Positions 1 to 10,760 of a DNA stretch of 64,000 nt are shown piece by piece (position 1 is the stretch's first letter; the number at the start of each line of letters is the position of its first letter). The stretch is from assembly GCA_002269645.1 (NCBI GenBank), contig NIVC01003212.1:47013-111012 (forward strand), in the 5' to 3' direction. Below the pieces are notes generated by a model. That model was not told the origin of the DNA, made no database searches, and saw only the letters and a list, made by a program, of their open reading frames with translations. The stretch comes from Macrostomum lignano. Its lineage: Eukaryota. A program made the position numbers and the translations under genes.

Positions 1-2284
1 CCTGCTGCTAGTGACGGACACGCGTCCGGCTGGCCGGCCGGCCGGCTGGTGGTTCGCTTGGTTGCTGGACGGCGCCGGACAACGAGTTCGCAGCGGCTTC
101 ATGCCGTCGCCTAGGCGACTGCAGCAGCAGCAGCAGCAGCAACAGTTGGCGCTGATGCAGAATCCAGCTGCCGGCGGTCTGGGCAGCCGCTCCGTCAGCC
201 TGCGACGCTCGGCTGGAAAACGCGGCGGCACCTCCTCCTCGTCGTCGTCGTCGGCTTCGGCTTCGGCTTCGGCGTCCACGGCCGACTATCTGCATCCGCA
301 CCTGCGCCTACCGCTGCCCGCCTACTCCAGGGCCGAGCTGGTGCCCGATCCCGGCCGGGCCGGGCCCCGTCCTGTGGCCATTCTCGGCCCGCTGTCCGAA
401 GCCCTCGGCCGGGCTCTGTGCGCCGAGCGTTCGGATTTATTTTATCCTCTGGGGCCGCTGCCGCTAGACCGGGTGGCCGGGGCCTGCGGCGGGGACTCCG
501 CTAAGCATGGACTGCTTCAGCTGGCATCTGGACCGGCCCAGGTTGATCAGCTGCACCGACTGCACAGGGTCTATCCTATTGTACTGCTGCTCCGGTATCG
601 CAGTCACAAGCTGGTTAAAGAGGCCAGGGATCCGCGCTACTGTCCGGAGAAATTTCCTAGCCGCGTGGCTAAAGATATGGTTGCTAAGGCTGCTCAACTG
701 GAGGAAGAACTGCAGCCTGTGCTCACTGGTGAGCAGTGATGCGCAATAGTTTTTGTTTTTTGGACTGTGAATGTGAAATTATCTCGAATGTGAATTGTGT
801 TTCACTCCTTTGTTCTTCCGAAATCTCTTCCGAAGGAATAATTCCCTTCCTAGTTCAGCTAGCTAAGGGAAATTCGCGCAGGATAATTCCCTCCGCAATA
901 TAGTCTGGTTAATTCCGTAGGATAATTCCCTCCGTAGTATCTCGATCTGAGTGGAATTCTTGTAGGACAATTCCCTCCGTAGTATATCTGATGGGATTCT
1001 CGCGGGATAATTTCCTCCGTAGTATATCTGAGTGGAACTCTTGTGGGATAATTCCCTCCGTAGTGTATCTGCGAGGAATTCCTGCGGAATAATTCCCTCC
1101 GTAGTATATCTTGGGGGAATTACTCTCGAAAATTCTTGTCCAATTTTTGGACTTTCTGCTTCTCTGCATCATTCGACGAAAGCAGAAAATGTTGGCCGCC
1201 TCCGTCTCTCATTTATACTCTCTGTTGCTGCTGTCCCAATTCCTTCAACGCCGATCCCATCAACCTTTCTTATGCATGTATATAGGGCTATTGGCTTCCC
1301 TAGATACGGACGCTTGCCTAAACGGTAGTGGAGTGGCGCTCATACTTTTTTGCCTACAGAACGAGCCAGAGAGAGAGAGAGAGAGATGCTGGAGATGATG
1401 AGGGACTTCACGCCCACTTGAAACTTGGGACCTGCCTCGCCTCCACTCTCCTCAATACATGCGCTGTGATTGAAAATGGCGTCATGTCTTGGTATTCTTG
1501 GAATTTATATAAATAGAAACTATTATTGAAATTATTAGGACAAAAAATCTTACCATTCTGACTGCGCCGCCAACTCTCATTGGGGATTCCAAGAATCATA
1601 AAAAACACTAGCGGAATTCACCCCCCCCCCCCAAGTCCTTATTTCCGCTCTCAAATCGTCATATAAAAATGGAAGTGCACAGCGTACTTTTCTCTTTAAC
1701 ACGGCAAACTAACGGAATAGTAATGGATGGGGGCCGTAGCCCAGTGGTCTAGGGCGGCGCTCTGATGTGCCAGCGGCCCAGGCTCGATTCCCAGTGCAGT
1801 CGCATTAATTTGGGGCTAAATTGGAATCTCGGCTTGGCTCTGCTCGTGCAATTAACGGCCTTGAGGGCCAACCCCCAAGGCACTGTGAAGTGTACATGCC
1901 TAATTAATGATAATAAAGTTAGGGCCGCTGTACACTCCTGTGTGAGTGTGTGCTTGTGCGTGTGACTGCGTACGTATCCGCGCTTGTGTGCCTGCTCAGG
2001 GGAGTCGGCGGAATAATGCGTTTCGCAGGTTGTGCGACAATGTCGCTTAAAGTGCGCCAGGGAGCACACAGCACAGCACCCTGTCTCTAATAAAATACTT
2101 CTTAAGGAAATTCATTAAATTAACGAAACAAATATTTAAATTCGCGCCCCACTCCCCACCTTTCAATTCTGCAGCGTGCATCCAAGGCGGCGCTTTCGCA
2201 TTCATGTGCTCCCAGGTGGTCAGCGTAGTCAGCCGCGATCAGAACTGCCCAGTGTGGATCAACGCAGAGCCCATTGTTCCTTAA
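1..2284 (+). CDS. DLG5: Discs large homolog 5-like MAGUK, 3' part (end of SH3, GUK domain); exons <1..728 and 2175..2284
   Basis: The frame of ORF 11..739 gives VTDTRPAG..WWFAWLLD..GFMPS (SH3 end) and RPVAILGPL..HGLLQL..LHRVYPIVLLLRYRSHKLVKEARDPRY (DLG5 GUK). Donor G|GTGAG at 729 (phase 1) joins acceptor TTCTGCAG|2175, giving ACIQGGAFAFMCSQVVSVVSRDQNCPVWINAEPIVP*, which matches the remembered DLG5 C-terminus (GVIQGGALSSICTQILAMVNQEQNKVLWIP). The 5' part lies outside the window. Confidence 0.88.
840..1130. repeat. Degenerate ~41-bp minisatellite (GATAATTCCCTCCGTAGTATATCT core) in the DLG5 intron
   Basis: The core recurs about 6 times in tandem. Confidence 0.85.
1729..2090 (+). mobile_element. 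tRNA-derived SINE, family A, copy 1
   Basis: Head GGGGGCCGTAGCCCAGTGG..GGCTCGATTCC contains A-box and B-box-like motifs. The body (CATTAATTTGGGGCTAAATTGGAATCTCGGCTTGG..AGGGCCGCTGTACACTCCTGTGTGAGTGTG..CCTGCTCAGG.GAGTCGGCGGAA) is shared with the copy at 48487. Confidence 0.75.
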
Positions 2285-2884
2285 TTCGTGTTGGATTTTG
2301 CTTATTAATTTTACTACAAAATAGTTGTCACAAATTTTTGCCAGCTTGTTTTTATATACAGTAGGCACATTTGCTATTCTTACTACTCATTGCGTTTCTG
2401 AAAGTAGTCTGTTACGCATCTATTAGCGTGTTGTTCAGTTGTGATAGATTTGATTGCAAATAAATGCACTTCCTAAGATACTCATTCCCCATTTTGTAAT
2501 CAAACTAAATTAATATATTGTCTATGTATGCCTACTACTGTCACTGTTTGCGAGTAGTATGTATGGTGTAGTGTCTGTGTTTTTTTGCAAACCTGTTCAT
2601 TGTCTGCCTATCGATATGTCTCATTAACTTTGTCGTCATTCACCTGTATAAATATACTTTGCAATACGAGTTAGCTAGGAATATTTTTGTTTAGGGACCA
2701 GCATATTGTTGTTTGAATTCGGTCTGTCTTGAGTACAAATTAATGAGCAGAATTCAATGTTGAATAGTCTCACAATTGAAGGCAATCATAATTGAAGATC
2801 GTCTATCCACTCTATAATTAGTTAGGATCCGAGATTCCCGCCTATCAACTTATTTTACCGGTATACTATGCCTTTACAATTGCC

Positions 2885-3262
2885 AATAATTTCCCCCATT
2901 CCCTATTCCCCAGATTCCAAATCCCACATTGTCGGATCCGGATATCCCGATTCCCAAAATCCTCACTCCCTATTCTCCGAATCCTCATTTCCCAATTCCC
3001 CTTTTCCCACGTCCCCATTTCCCATTTTCCAATTTTCCAATTCCCCATTTCCCGATTCTTTTTTTCCAATTCCCCATCTCCCGATTCCCCATTTCCCAAT
3101 TTCCCATTTCCCAATTCCCAATCTCCCAAATCCCCATTTTCCAATTCCCCATTTCCCGATTCTTTTTTTCCAATTCCCCATCTCCCGATTCCCCATTTCC
3201 CAATTTCCCATTTCCCAATTCCCAATCTCCCAAATCCCCATTTTCCAATTCCCCATTTCCCG
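2885..3262. repeat. Pyrimidine-rich CCCATTT/CCCAATT-type short-period satellite
   Basis: Repeated TTCCCCATTTCCCAAT motifs with larger duplicated blocks. The overlapping ORFs are low-complexity artefacts. Confidence 0.9.
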
Positions 3263-3930
3263 TCGGTAATTTCAATTCTTCAAGTCTGCATTGCCTGATT
3301 AGTAACAGGCTCAAGTGACCCACTCTATTATGGTGCATTCAGTGATACTATGATTCCCTGTAAAAAGCATTGTTTAAATAAGAGTTACTGTATCACAAGT
3401 GCTCAAAAATATATGATATATGAAATATGAAGCTACTGATAAGTAGTGTAAATCATACTCTATTCACTATCTGATGAGCAAAGCAATAAATTACTTATAA
3501 AGCCGCTTCGCTGATGCTTGCTAGATTAATATTTCTATCCTGTAACTCTCAAGATAATTAATTTATATTTAACACCAGAAAACGCATATCATACTACTAA
3601 CTGTCCCAGACACCAGTAGCATATTTATCGCCAACAGAGTTTTCTCCACATTCCAATTTTTAAGCTCCTTTTTTGTTTTCTAATTGGGCACAACGTTGCT
3701 TCATGGTATCGTGTACACATTGCTAGTGATATATTGTCACCTTCCTGTGGTACTTTTAGTAGCTTTTGCGTACATTTTGCGCTTGAAATCATATTATTTC
3801 TTTGTCTAAGAATTATTTATTTTAATAATAAGAATTGTTCCACTTTATTTAGCTCTTACTGCTACTAAAAAGTAGTGCTTGAATGTGTCTGTTTAGTTAT
3901 TGGTTAGTAAAACTGCGTATTTAGCTTCAG

Positions 3931-4340
3931 AGCACAGATGTAAAATAACTAGGATGGGCCACTCAGGCATTTATATACTTAGTAAAACAGCTTTCTACTT
4001 TCAGTTCAGTAGCAACGAAGAATAAAAAAGCTATTTTATAAAAATAAAGACAGCTGAAATGACTTTGATAAGTTTAGAAGCCAAAGCTTGCAGGCGTAAA
4101 CAACTTGCTAATTGGTTCAGCCATAATGTACATTAGCCAGTCCACTGAAATGTACATGGCAGCCTTAGTCTGGAATTCCGAGAAAGGCAATAAAAATTGG
4201 GGGGCTGGGGTAAGAGCGAATAGATGAGCCTTGGATTTAAAAATACACTAAAACGCTTCAGTTTAACTTACTACTGAACTGAAAGTAGCTTGCACGCAAA
4301 TGTGCTGAGTGGCCCATCTAGTTATTCTAGTATCTGTGCT
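3931..4340. mobile_element. Inverted-repeat (MITE-like) element
   Basis: 3931-4013 (AGCACAGATG..ATAACTAGGATGGGCCACTCAG..CTACTTTCAGTTCAGTAG) is the reverse complement of about 4270-4340. No TSD identified. Confidence 0.6.
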
Positions 4341-4379
4341 TCAGAGTTAAGACTATCAGATATTGACGAGTCGTAAATC

Positions 4380-4530
4380 CTCCCACGCCTGGCAGCGCTG
4401 ACGGCAATTCTGGCCATTACGCTGACTGCTGAGCACATTAAAGCGTGCCAATACTGTACGCAGGTGCGCACTCGTACACACGCTCACACAGCCTTGGGGG
4501 TTGGCTTTTCATGGCTGTGAATCAAGCTGT
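4380..4530 (-). mobile_element. Fragment related to the SINE family A body
   Basis: The reverse complement contains GCCAACCCCCAAGGC and CTGTGTGAGCGTGTG..GCGCACCTGCGTACAGTATTGG, matching 1865-1975 and 60550-60605. Confidence 0.55.
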
Positions 4531-4977
4531 GTGGGTTAGGGCGGCACGTTAGCATAGAGAAGGAATTTAAAGCCGATAATTCTATTATTGCCATATGATA
4601 TCTAGTGCCCTAGTGCTCACAGTTCTTTCCTTTGCATTCAGCGTCTGTGTTTCGGTCAATTGTGTCGCGTTCCTTTATTGTTGCACCATGTTTTTGCTTT
4701 GTCGGCTTTTATTGGCTGTTTTGTGTGCGTGTTTTTTGTCAGCTTTCTTTAACTAAGTGGCTTTTAAAGACTTTTCACGTATCCGTATAAAATATATGGC
4801 CAAGTCTAATAGAGAATGCGCTAGTGATTGCCTTCCGCTGATCACGGACGCTTAAGGTGGACTTATTTTTTTATAATTAAAATAGTCTTTTAAGTACTCG
4901 TAGTTTACCAACAGTTTTTATTATAAATCTAGCAGCACTAGGAACAGTCCAAAGATCATATATAAGATCTATGGAAC

Positions 4978-4992
4978 AGTCTGTCTGTGTCT

Positions 4993-5033
<41 letters not shown>

Positions 5034-5054
5034 CTGTCTGTCCGTCTGTCTGAC

Positions 5055-5091
<37 letters not shown>

Positions 5092-5094
5092 GCC

Positions 5095-5165
<71 letters not shown>

Positions 5166-5188
5166 GTCTGTCTGTCTGTCTGTCTGTC

Positions 5189-5233
<45 letters not shown>

Positions 5234-5237
5234 GTCT

Positions 5238-5278
<41 letters not shown>

Positions 5279-5288
5279 CTGTCTGTCC

Positions 5289-5332
<44 letters not shown>

Positions 5333-5335
5333 GCC

Positions 5336-5382
<47 letters not shown>

Positions 5383-5405
5383 GTCTGTCTGTCTGTCTGT
5401 CTGTC

Positions 5406-5478
<73 letters not shown>

Positions 5479-5525
5479 GTCTGTCCGTCTGTCTGTCTGT
5501 CTGTCTGCCTGTCTGTCTGTCTGTC

Positions 5526-5564
<39 letters not shown>

Positions 5565-5567
5565 TAG

Positions 5568-5620
<53 letters not shown>

Positions 5621-5637
5621 GACTGTCTGTCTGTCTC
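4978..5637. repeat. (TGTC)n tetranucleotide microsatellite, ~660 bp
   Basis: Directly visible. The QTDR and SVCL ORFs are artefacts. Confidence 0.98.
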
Positions 5638-5781
5638 ACTTGTACACTTCAAATAAGTTCCTGGGGTATTTATTGATTTTATACAGTTTCAATATTCTCG
5701 TACATGAGGTCGCAGTTAGTTAATCAGCATTGTCACTGGATATTTGAATGTGACTGGTGTCTAATATTCCCAATGAAACAG

Positions 5782-7304
5782 ATGACATCTTCAGCCAACC
5801 TGGACAGCCCCTACCTGGCAGTGATTGACACCTGCCAGCAGGGAAACGAGCCATCCGGCAGCTACCTGGAGAACACCATTGGCGGCCGCCTACGCCTGCC
5901 CAGACGTCTGGCCACCCGGTTCAACGCGTCAACGGTGGCCACCTGCGGCCGGTGCGGCCAGCCGATGTTCAATCTGATGCAGCTGAGCTGCCCGCTGTTC
6001 GGCCTGAGCTCGCACCGGCTGTTGTACTTTTTGATTTGCTCGAATAGCGCCTGTCTGTCTGATGGCGCTTCACCTTTGCGCTGTCTGAGAGTTCAGTTTG
6101 CCTTGGACATCGGCGAACCGCAGAGGTGAGTTGCCAATGAAATTTGAGTAATGTTCTGTGCATGAGAGCAAGTTGAATAGATTTTTCATGTGTCTCATTG
6201 TACGTTAAATTTATATTATGTACATCAAACGAAATCATTTACATCAAATATATACACAGACAGACAAAGACACTGAGACAGACATCACATATATTTGATG
6301 TACATTATGCTTTGGATGTAAATGGTGCATTCAATGTACATGATACATGAAACATCATGTAGATCGAACGCATCATGTACATCAAATGTATCCTGTACAT
6401 TAAATTTATCATTTATATCAATGTATTATTTACATAAAATGTACCATGTACATCAAATGTATCATGTACATCAAATTTATCTTGCACATCAAATGTATCA
6501 TGTACATCAAGTAAATCATGTACATCAAACAAATCTGTCCATGGCGCATCCACCTGCAGGTCGAGTTCAACTAATCTGACTTCGGCTAATGCTACTGCAA
6601 CAGCTGCCCCATCAGCTGGCTACACCGATTGGGGCGGCGACGAGGCCGACGATTGGGGCGACGGAGAAACGACAGATGCCGCAGTCGATGAACTGCAACC
6701 ACCGGCAATGGAGATGGAAGAATTGGAAGCTGAGGCAGCTGATGAAGCAGCCGAGACGCTGGAACTAACCGAGCTGGCATCCCTGGACAGTCCATGCCGC
6801 CATCTGGCCGTATTTGATGAGGCCGAGCTTGCCGCAGCGGGCCAGCCGATGTCGGAATCTGGCAGCTCCAGTCAGTCATTTGCTGTTGTCGGTAACGGCG
6901 ACAGTAGCGTTGTTGCAGACGACAACGGCGAGGACGAGCAAGGCCAGGCGCTCACCCGACTGGAGCAGAAGTTCTACGATCGGCTGGCCCGGTGCCCCGG
7001 CCAGCTGCTGCGCTACCAATGGTCCGGTCGGCCTCTGCTGGTTGCTCCCATGGATTCTGCTGCCGTGTCCGACTGCCGGCTGTGCGGCGCCGCCAGATGC
7101 TTTGAGTTGCAGCTGATGCCCGGCCTGCTGACTGCTCTGCCGAGCTGCATAGCTGAGCATCTGGATCTGGCCACCGCTCTGGTGTACACCTGCTCAGCTG
7201 CCTGCGAGCCGCCTGCCGGCGAGGATCGCGGGTTTGCGGAGGAGACTGTACTGATTCAACGGGAACTGCCTCCGACTGGGCGGCCGGGTGTGACTTGCGA
7301 TTAG
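5782..7304 (+). CDS. PDCD2L: Programmed cell death protein 2-like, ~362 aa; exons 5782..6125 and 6560..7304
   Basis: N-terminus has NTIGG..CGRCGQPM..QLSCPL..HRLLYFLICSNSAC..LRVQ. Exon 2 has DWGGDEADDWGD and the PDCD2_C signature FYDRLARCPGQLLRYQWSGRPL..CRLCGAARCFELQLMPGLL..LVYTCSAAC. Donor AG|GTGAG at 6126 and acceptor CTGCAG|6560 are both phase 2. Confidence 0.92.
6240..6535. repeat. Degenerate 18-bp ATGTATCATGTACATCAA repeat in the PDCD2L intron
   Basis: Tandem copies are clear from 6430 to 6530 and degenerate upstream. Confidence 0.8.
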
Positions 7305-7794
7305 AACCAAAATCAAAATCTGCCGATAATTAAGCCATTGTGTGTGTAATTTCCATTTCTGATGCGATTAAGGCATAAAAATACTGCGCAACTATGTGCG
7401 TTACAGGCTACTGTCTCGTGAATATTCACAAGTAGCCAAGTAGCGAATTTTTCATACTTGAAATTAATTAAGTACTCGTAGTCTTTTTTCTGTCTTAATT
7501 TTCGGTTTGAAAACCACTACTTGGCTACTCTCTTTTTATTCACCAAAATAGTAGTCAAAATATCAGACAGGAGCATGTTCTGTTAGCTATTGTTACGCTG
7601 TTAACTACTAATCACGTGTGCCTCTTATAAGCATTTGTGCTGAAAAAATGTATAAAATATGAATAAGAAAATATGGTTTACTTGTTTTTTTGACTTATGT
7701 TTATTTATACATACATAACGATTTCTGTAACAAAAAAGTACAAAAAATGAAATGGGTTCTTTATATTTTATAGTGTAAGCATTAATCGTTGGCT

Positions 7795-8000
7795 TGATAG
7801 CTTCCTTAGTAACGATCTTTTTGTTTCATGACTTCCTTAGCAACGGGCTCTAGATTCAGGGCTTCCTTAGTAACTGGCTTTAAGCTTCATGGATTCATTA
7901 GCAACGGGTTTTAAGCTTCGTGGCTTCCTTAGCAACGGGGTTTAAGCTTAATGGCTTCCTTAGCAACGGACTCTAAGCTTCATGGCTTTCTTATCAACAG
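7795..8000. repeat. Degenerate tandem repeat with a CTTCCTTAGCAAC core
   Basis: About 6 units of ~31 bp. The same core recurs at 10120-10585. Confidence 0.8.
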
Positions 8001-8003
8001 GCT

Positions 8004-8038
<35 letters not shown>

Positions 8039-8124
8039 ACTATTCATCCATCTATTTAAGTCCATCCTTTCTGTACAGGGAAAGTTTTTTTAAGTCACAA
8101 CCAATCTGTCAATTCAATTCAGAC

Positions 8125-8517
8125 ATGACAGGCCACGCCGATGGCTGCTGGGGCCACGGCAGCTGGGAAGGCACTGATGACAATCAACATGAGCAGAGTA
8201 ATTATAAAGAGGAACAGCTGCAGCAGCTGCAGCAGCAGCAGCAGCAGCCTGAAGAAGTCAGTCCGCGGCCACCTCAGCGCGTGTACCGTCAAAACCGCAT
8301 GGGCCGCCTGCTGACCCAGTCGCAACAGCGGCTGCGATCTGTGCAATCGAGAAAACGCCACAGCTTCAGCTCCGACAATGACGCAACAGAAGTCGGCGTG
8401 GACGTCTGTAACGGGAAGCGGGTCCGACTAACGGAGCTGCATTGTCATCAGCATACTACTAATAGTAGCCCTGCTGTTGCAATGGAAACTGAGAACGCGA
8501 AACTGAAGTCTTCGTAG
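8125..8517 (+). CDS. Unassigned 130-aa Q-rich ORF or terminal exon with basic NLS-like motifs
   Basis: GC-rich island in AT-rich DNA, preceded by acceptor TTCAATTCAG|AC-ATG. Contains a poly-Q tract, SRKRHS and KRVRL. No family recognised. Confidence 0.5.
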   Translation: MTGHADGCWGHGSWEGTDDNQHEQSNYKEEQLQQLQQQQQQPEEVSPRPPQRVYRQNRMGRLLTQSQQRLRSVQSRKRHSFSSDNDATEVGVDVCNGKRVRLTELHCHQHTTNSSPAVAMETENAKLKSS

Positions 8518-8779
8518 CTATGGTTACGGTATTTTGTAACTAGCTAAATTTTTCAATAAACTTAATTATGGGAGAAAATTCAGCTGGATTAGAGCTAGCA
8601 GGAAAATATTTTCTTTGAATTAGGAGTAATTTTGTTTGCTGCATTCGAAATTCCACTAAATTCGTGCGTTTTATTAAATCAATTATGGACTGGACTTTTT
8701 ATATAAAAATTTTATCTAAGCATTTTTATCATTATTGCTGTAATTATCAGGTACAAGGTTTGCCTGTCGCGTATGGGGA

Positions 8780-9722
8780 CCCTGCAAAACTGCCACAGGC
8801 ACAGCTTGTCCCTGACTGACCCTGCAAAACTGCCGCAGGCACAGCTTGTCCCTGACTGACCCTGCAAAACTGCCGCAGGCACAGCTTGTCCCTGACTGAC
8901 CCTGCAAAACTGCCACAGGCACAGCTTGTCCCTGACTGACCCTGCAAAACTGCCGCAGGCACAGCTTGTCCCTGACTGACCCTGCAAAACTGCCGCAGGC
9001 ACAGCTTGTCCCTGACTGACCCTGCAAAACTGCCACAGGCACAGCTTGTCCCTGACTGACCCTGCAAAACTGCCGCAGGCACAGCTTGTCCCTGACTGAC
9101 CCTGCAAAACTGCCACAGGCACAGCTTGTCCCTGACTGACCCTGCAAAACTGCCACAGGCACAGCTTGTCCCTGACTGACCCTGCAAAACTGCCGCAGGC
9201 ACAGCTTGTCCCTGACTGACCCTGCAAAACTGCCACAGGCACAGCTTGTCCCTGACTGACCCTGCAAAACTGCCGCAGGCACAGCTTGTCCCTGACTGAC
9301 CCTGCAAAACTGCCGCAGGCACAGCTTGTCCCTGACTGACCCTGCAAAACTGCCGCAGGCACAGCTTGTCCCTGACTGACCCTGCAAAACTGCCGCAGGC
9401 ACAGCTTGTCCCTGACTGACCCTGCAAAACTGCCGCATGCACAGCTTGTCCCTGACTGACCCTGCAAAACTGCCGCAGGCACAGCTTGTCCCTGACTGAC
9501 CCTGCAAAACTGCCGCATGCACAGCTTGGCCCTGACTGACCCTGCAAAACTGCCGCAGGCACAGCTTAGCTCTGACTGACCCTGCAAAACTGCCGCATGC
9601 ACAGCTTGTCCTTGACTGACCCTGCAAAACTGCCGCATGCACAGCTTGGCCCTGACTGACCCTGCAAAACTGCCGCATGCACAGCTTAGCTCTGACTGAC
9701 CCTGCAAAACTGCCGCAGGCAC
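8780..9722. repeat. 40-bp minisatellite (CCTGCAAAACTGCCGCAGGCACAGCTTGTCCCTGACTGAC), ~23 near-identical copies
   Basis: Directly visible. There is no spacer variation, so it is not a CRISPR array. Confidence 0.97.
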
Positions 9723-10119
9723 CATAGACATTTTCCCTAACTTAGTGGAATTCGCAGTTTTCCCATAACGCAGCTCATAAAACACCAAGGAGAGCCATTC
9801 CACTGCTATCTAATGCATCAAAGATTACTCTTTCAGCTGACTGTTGGTTGGGGGGATGCAACAGTGGCCAATAGGGCCTAAACCATCCCCATACCCAACT
9901 AGCAGGTCTTGTACTATACTCGTAATCACGATCTTGGTGCAATTCTGTATATTTTTTTAATTCTTCAGTCTTTTGTATCTCAGACACTGAATCCTCAGCA
10001 CGTCCCTGCCAATTAAACTTTCGCTGCATGGCCCCTGGCTCCTAACTATTGGTCTTATATTTTGCTACGTATTGAAAAAATTCACAGCTTCCGATTTCAA
10101 TCCTTTTTAACGGTTTTTG

Positions 10120-10585
10120 GCTAGATTCCTTAGTAACCGTAGCGTCCTTAGTAACTGGCTATTTTTAGGAAATGAAAGTGTCTTTGCAACTGTTTTTTTT
10201 TACTTTTAAGCATTCTTGACAATATATTATTGGCTTTACAGCTTCCTTAGCAACCGTTTTGGAGCTTCCTTAGCAACAGTCTACTTGTAGGTTCCTTATC
10301 AATCATTTATGTAGGTCTCTTAGCAACAAATTATGTAGGTTCCTTAGCAACCAGCAACCATTATGTAGGTTCCTTAGCAACCATTATGTAGGTTCCTTAG
10401 CAACCATTATGTAGGTTCTTTAGCAACCATTATGTAGGTTCCTTAGCAACAATTTATGTAGGTTCCTTAGCAACAATCAGTATAGCTTATTTAGCAACTG
10501 TTTATCTATTTTTCCATAGCAACAATTTATACATGCAGCGTCCTAGGCTGTTCTAATTTACTTGTAGCGTCCTTAGCAACCTTAT
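10120..10585. repeat. Tandem repeat with unit GTAGGTTCCTTAGCAACCATTAT, degenerate at the edges
   Basis: 23-bp units at 10300-10470, with CCTTAGCAAC cores beyond them. Confidence 0.85.
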
Positions 10586-10760
10586 TTAGCTTTTTTGTTA
10601 ATAAATGTGATAAATGTCGACAAAAATTCCTCAAGAAGCCTCTATCTAGAAATTCGTGGAATTCCTGAAAAATACATCTTACATGTACTATATATGCATT
10701 ACAATTTCAGTAGCGTCTCACTTATACAAGACTGATTTTCAGCATCCTCAGCTTCATCAA

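Noticed and set aside
1729-1805. Possible tRNA gene
   Set aside because: A- and B-box-like motifs are present, but there is no convincing cloverleaf and it continues into a repeated body, so it is treated as a SINE head. The same applies at 48487 and about 53180-53250.
8712-9803. Long Cys-rich ORFs and a CRISPR-like regular array
   Set aside because: All three frames are translations of a 40-bp minisatellite. The units are near-identical with no unique spacers and there are no cas genes.
9730-10030. Minus-strand ORF with WVWGWF, loosely like the Tc1 transposase VWGCF motif
   Set aside because: The similarity is limited to a few residues, and no DDE residues or TIRs could be placed.
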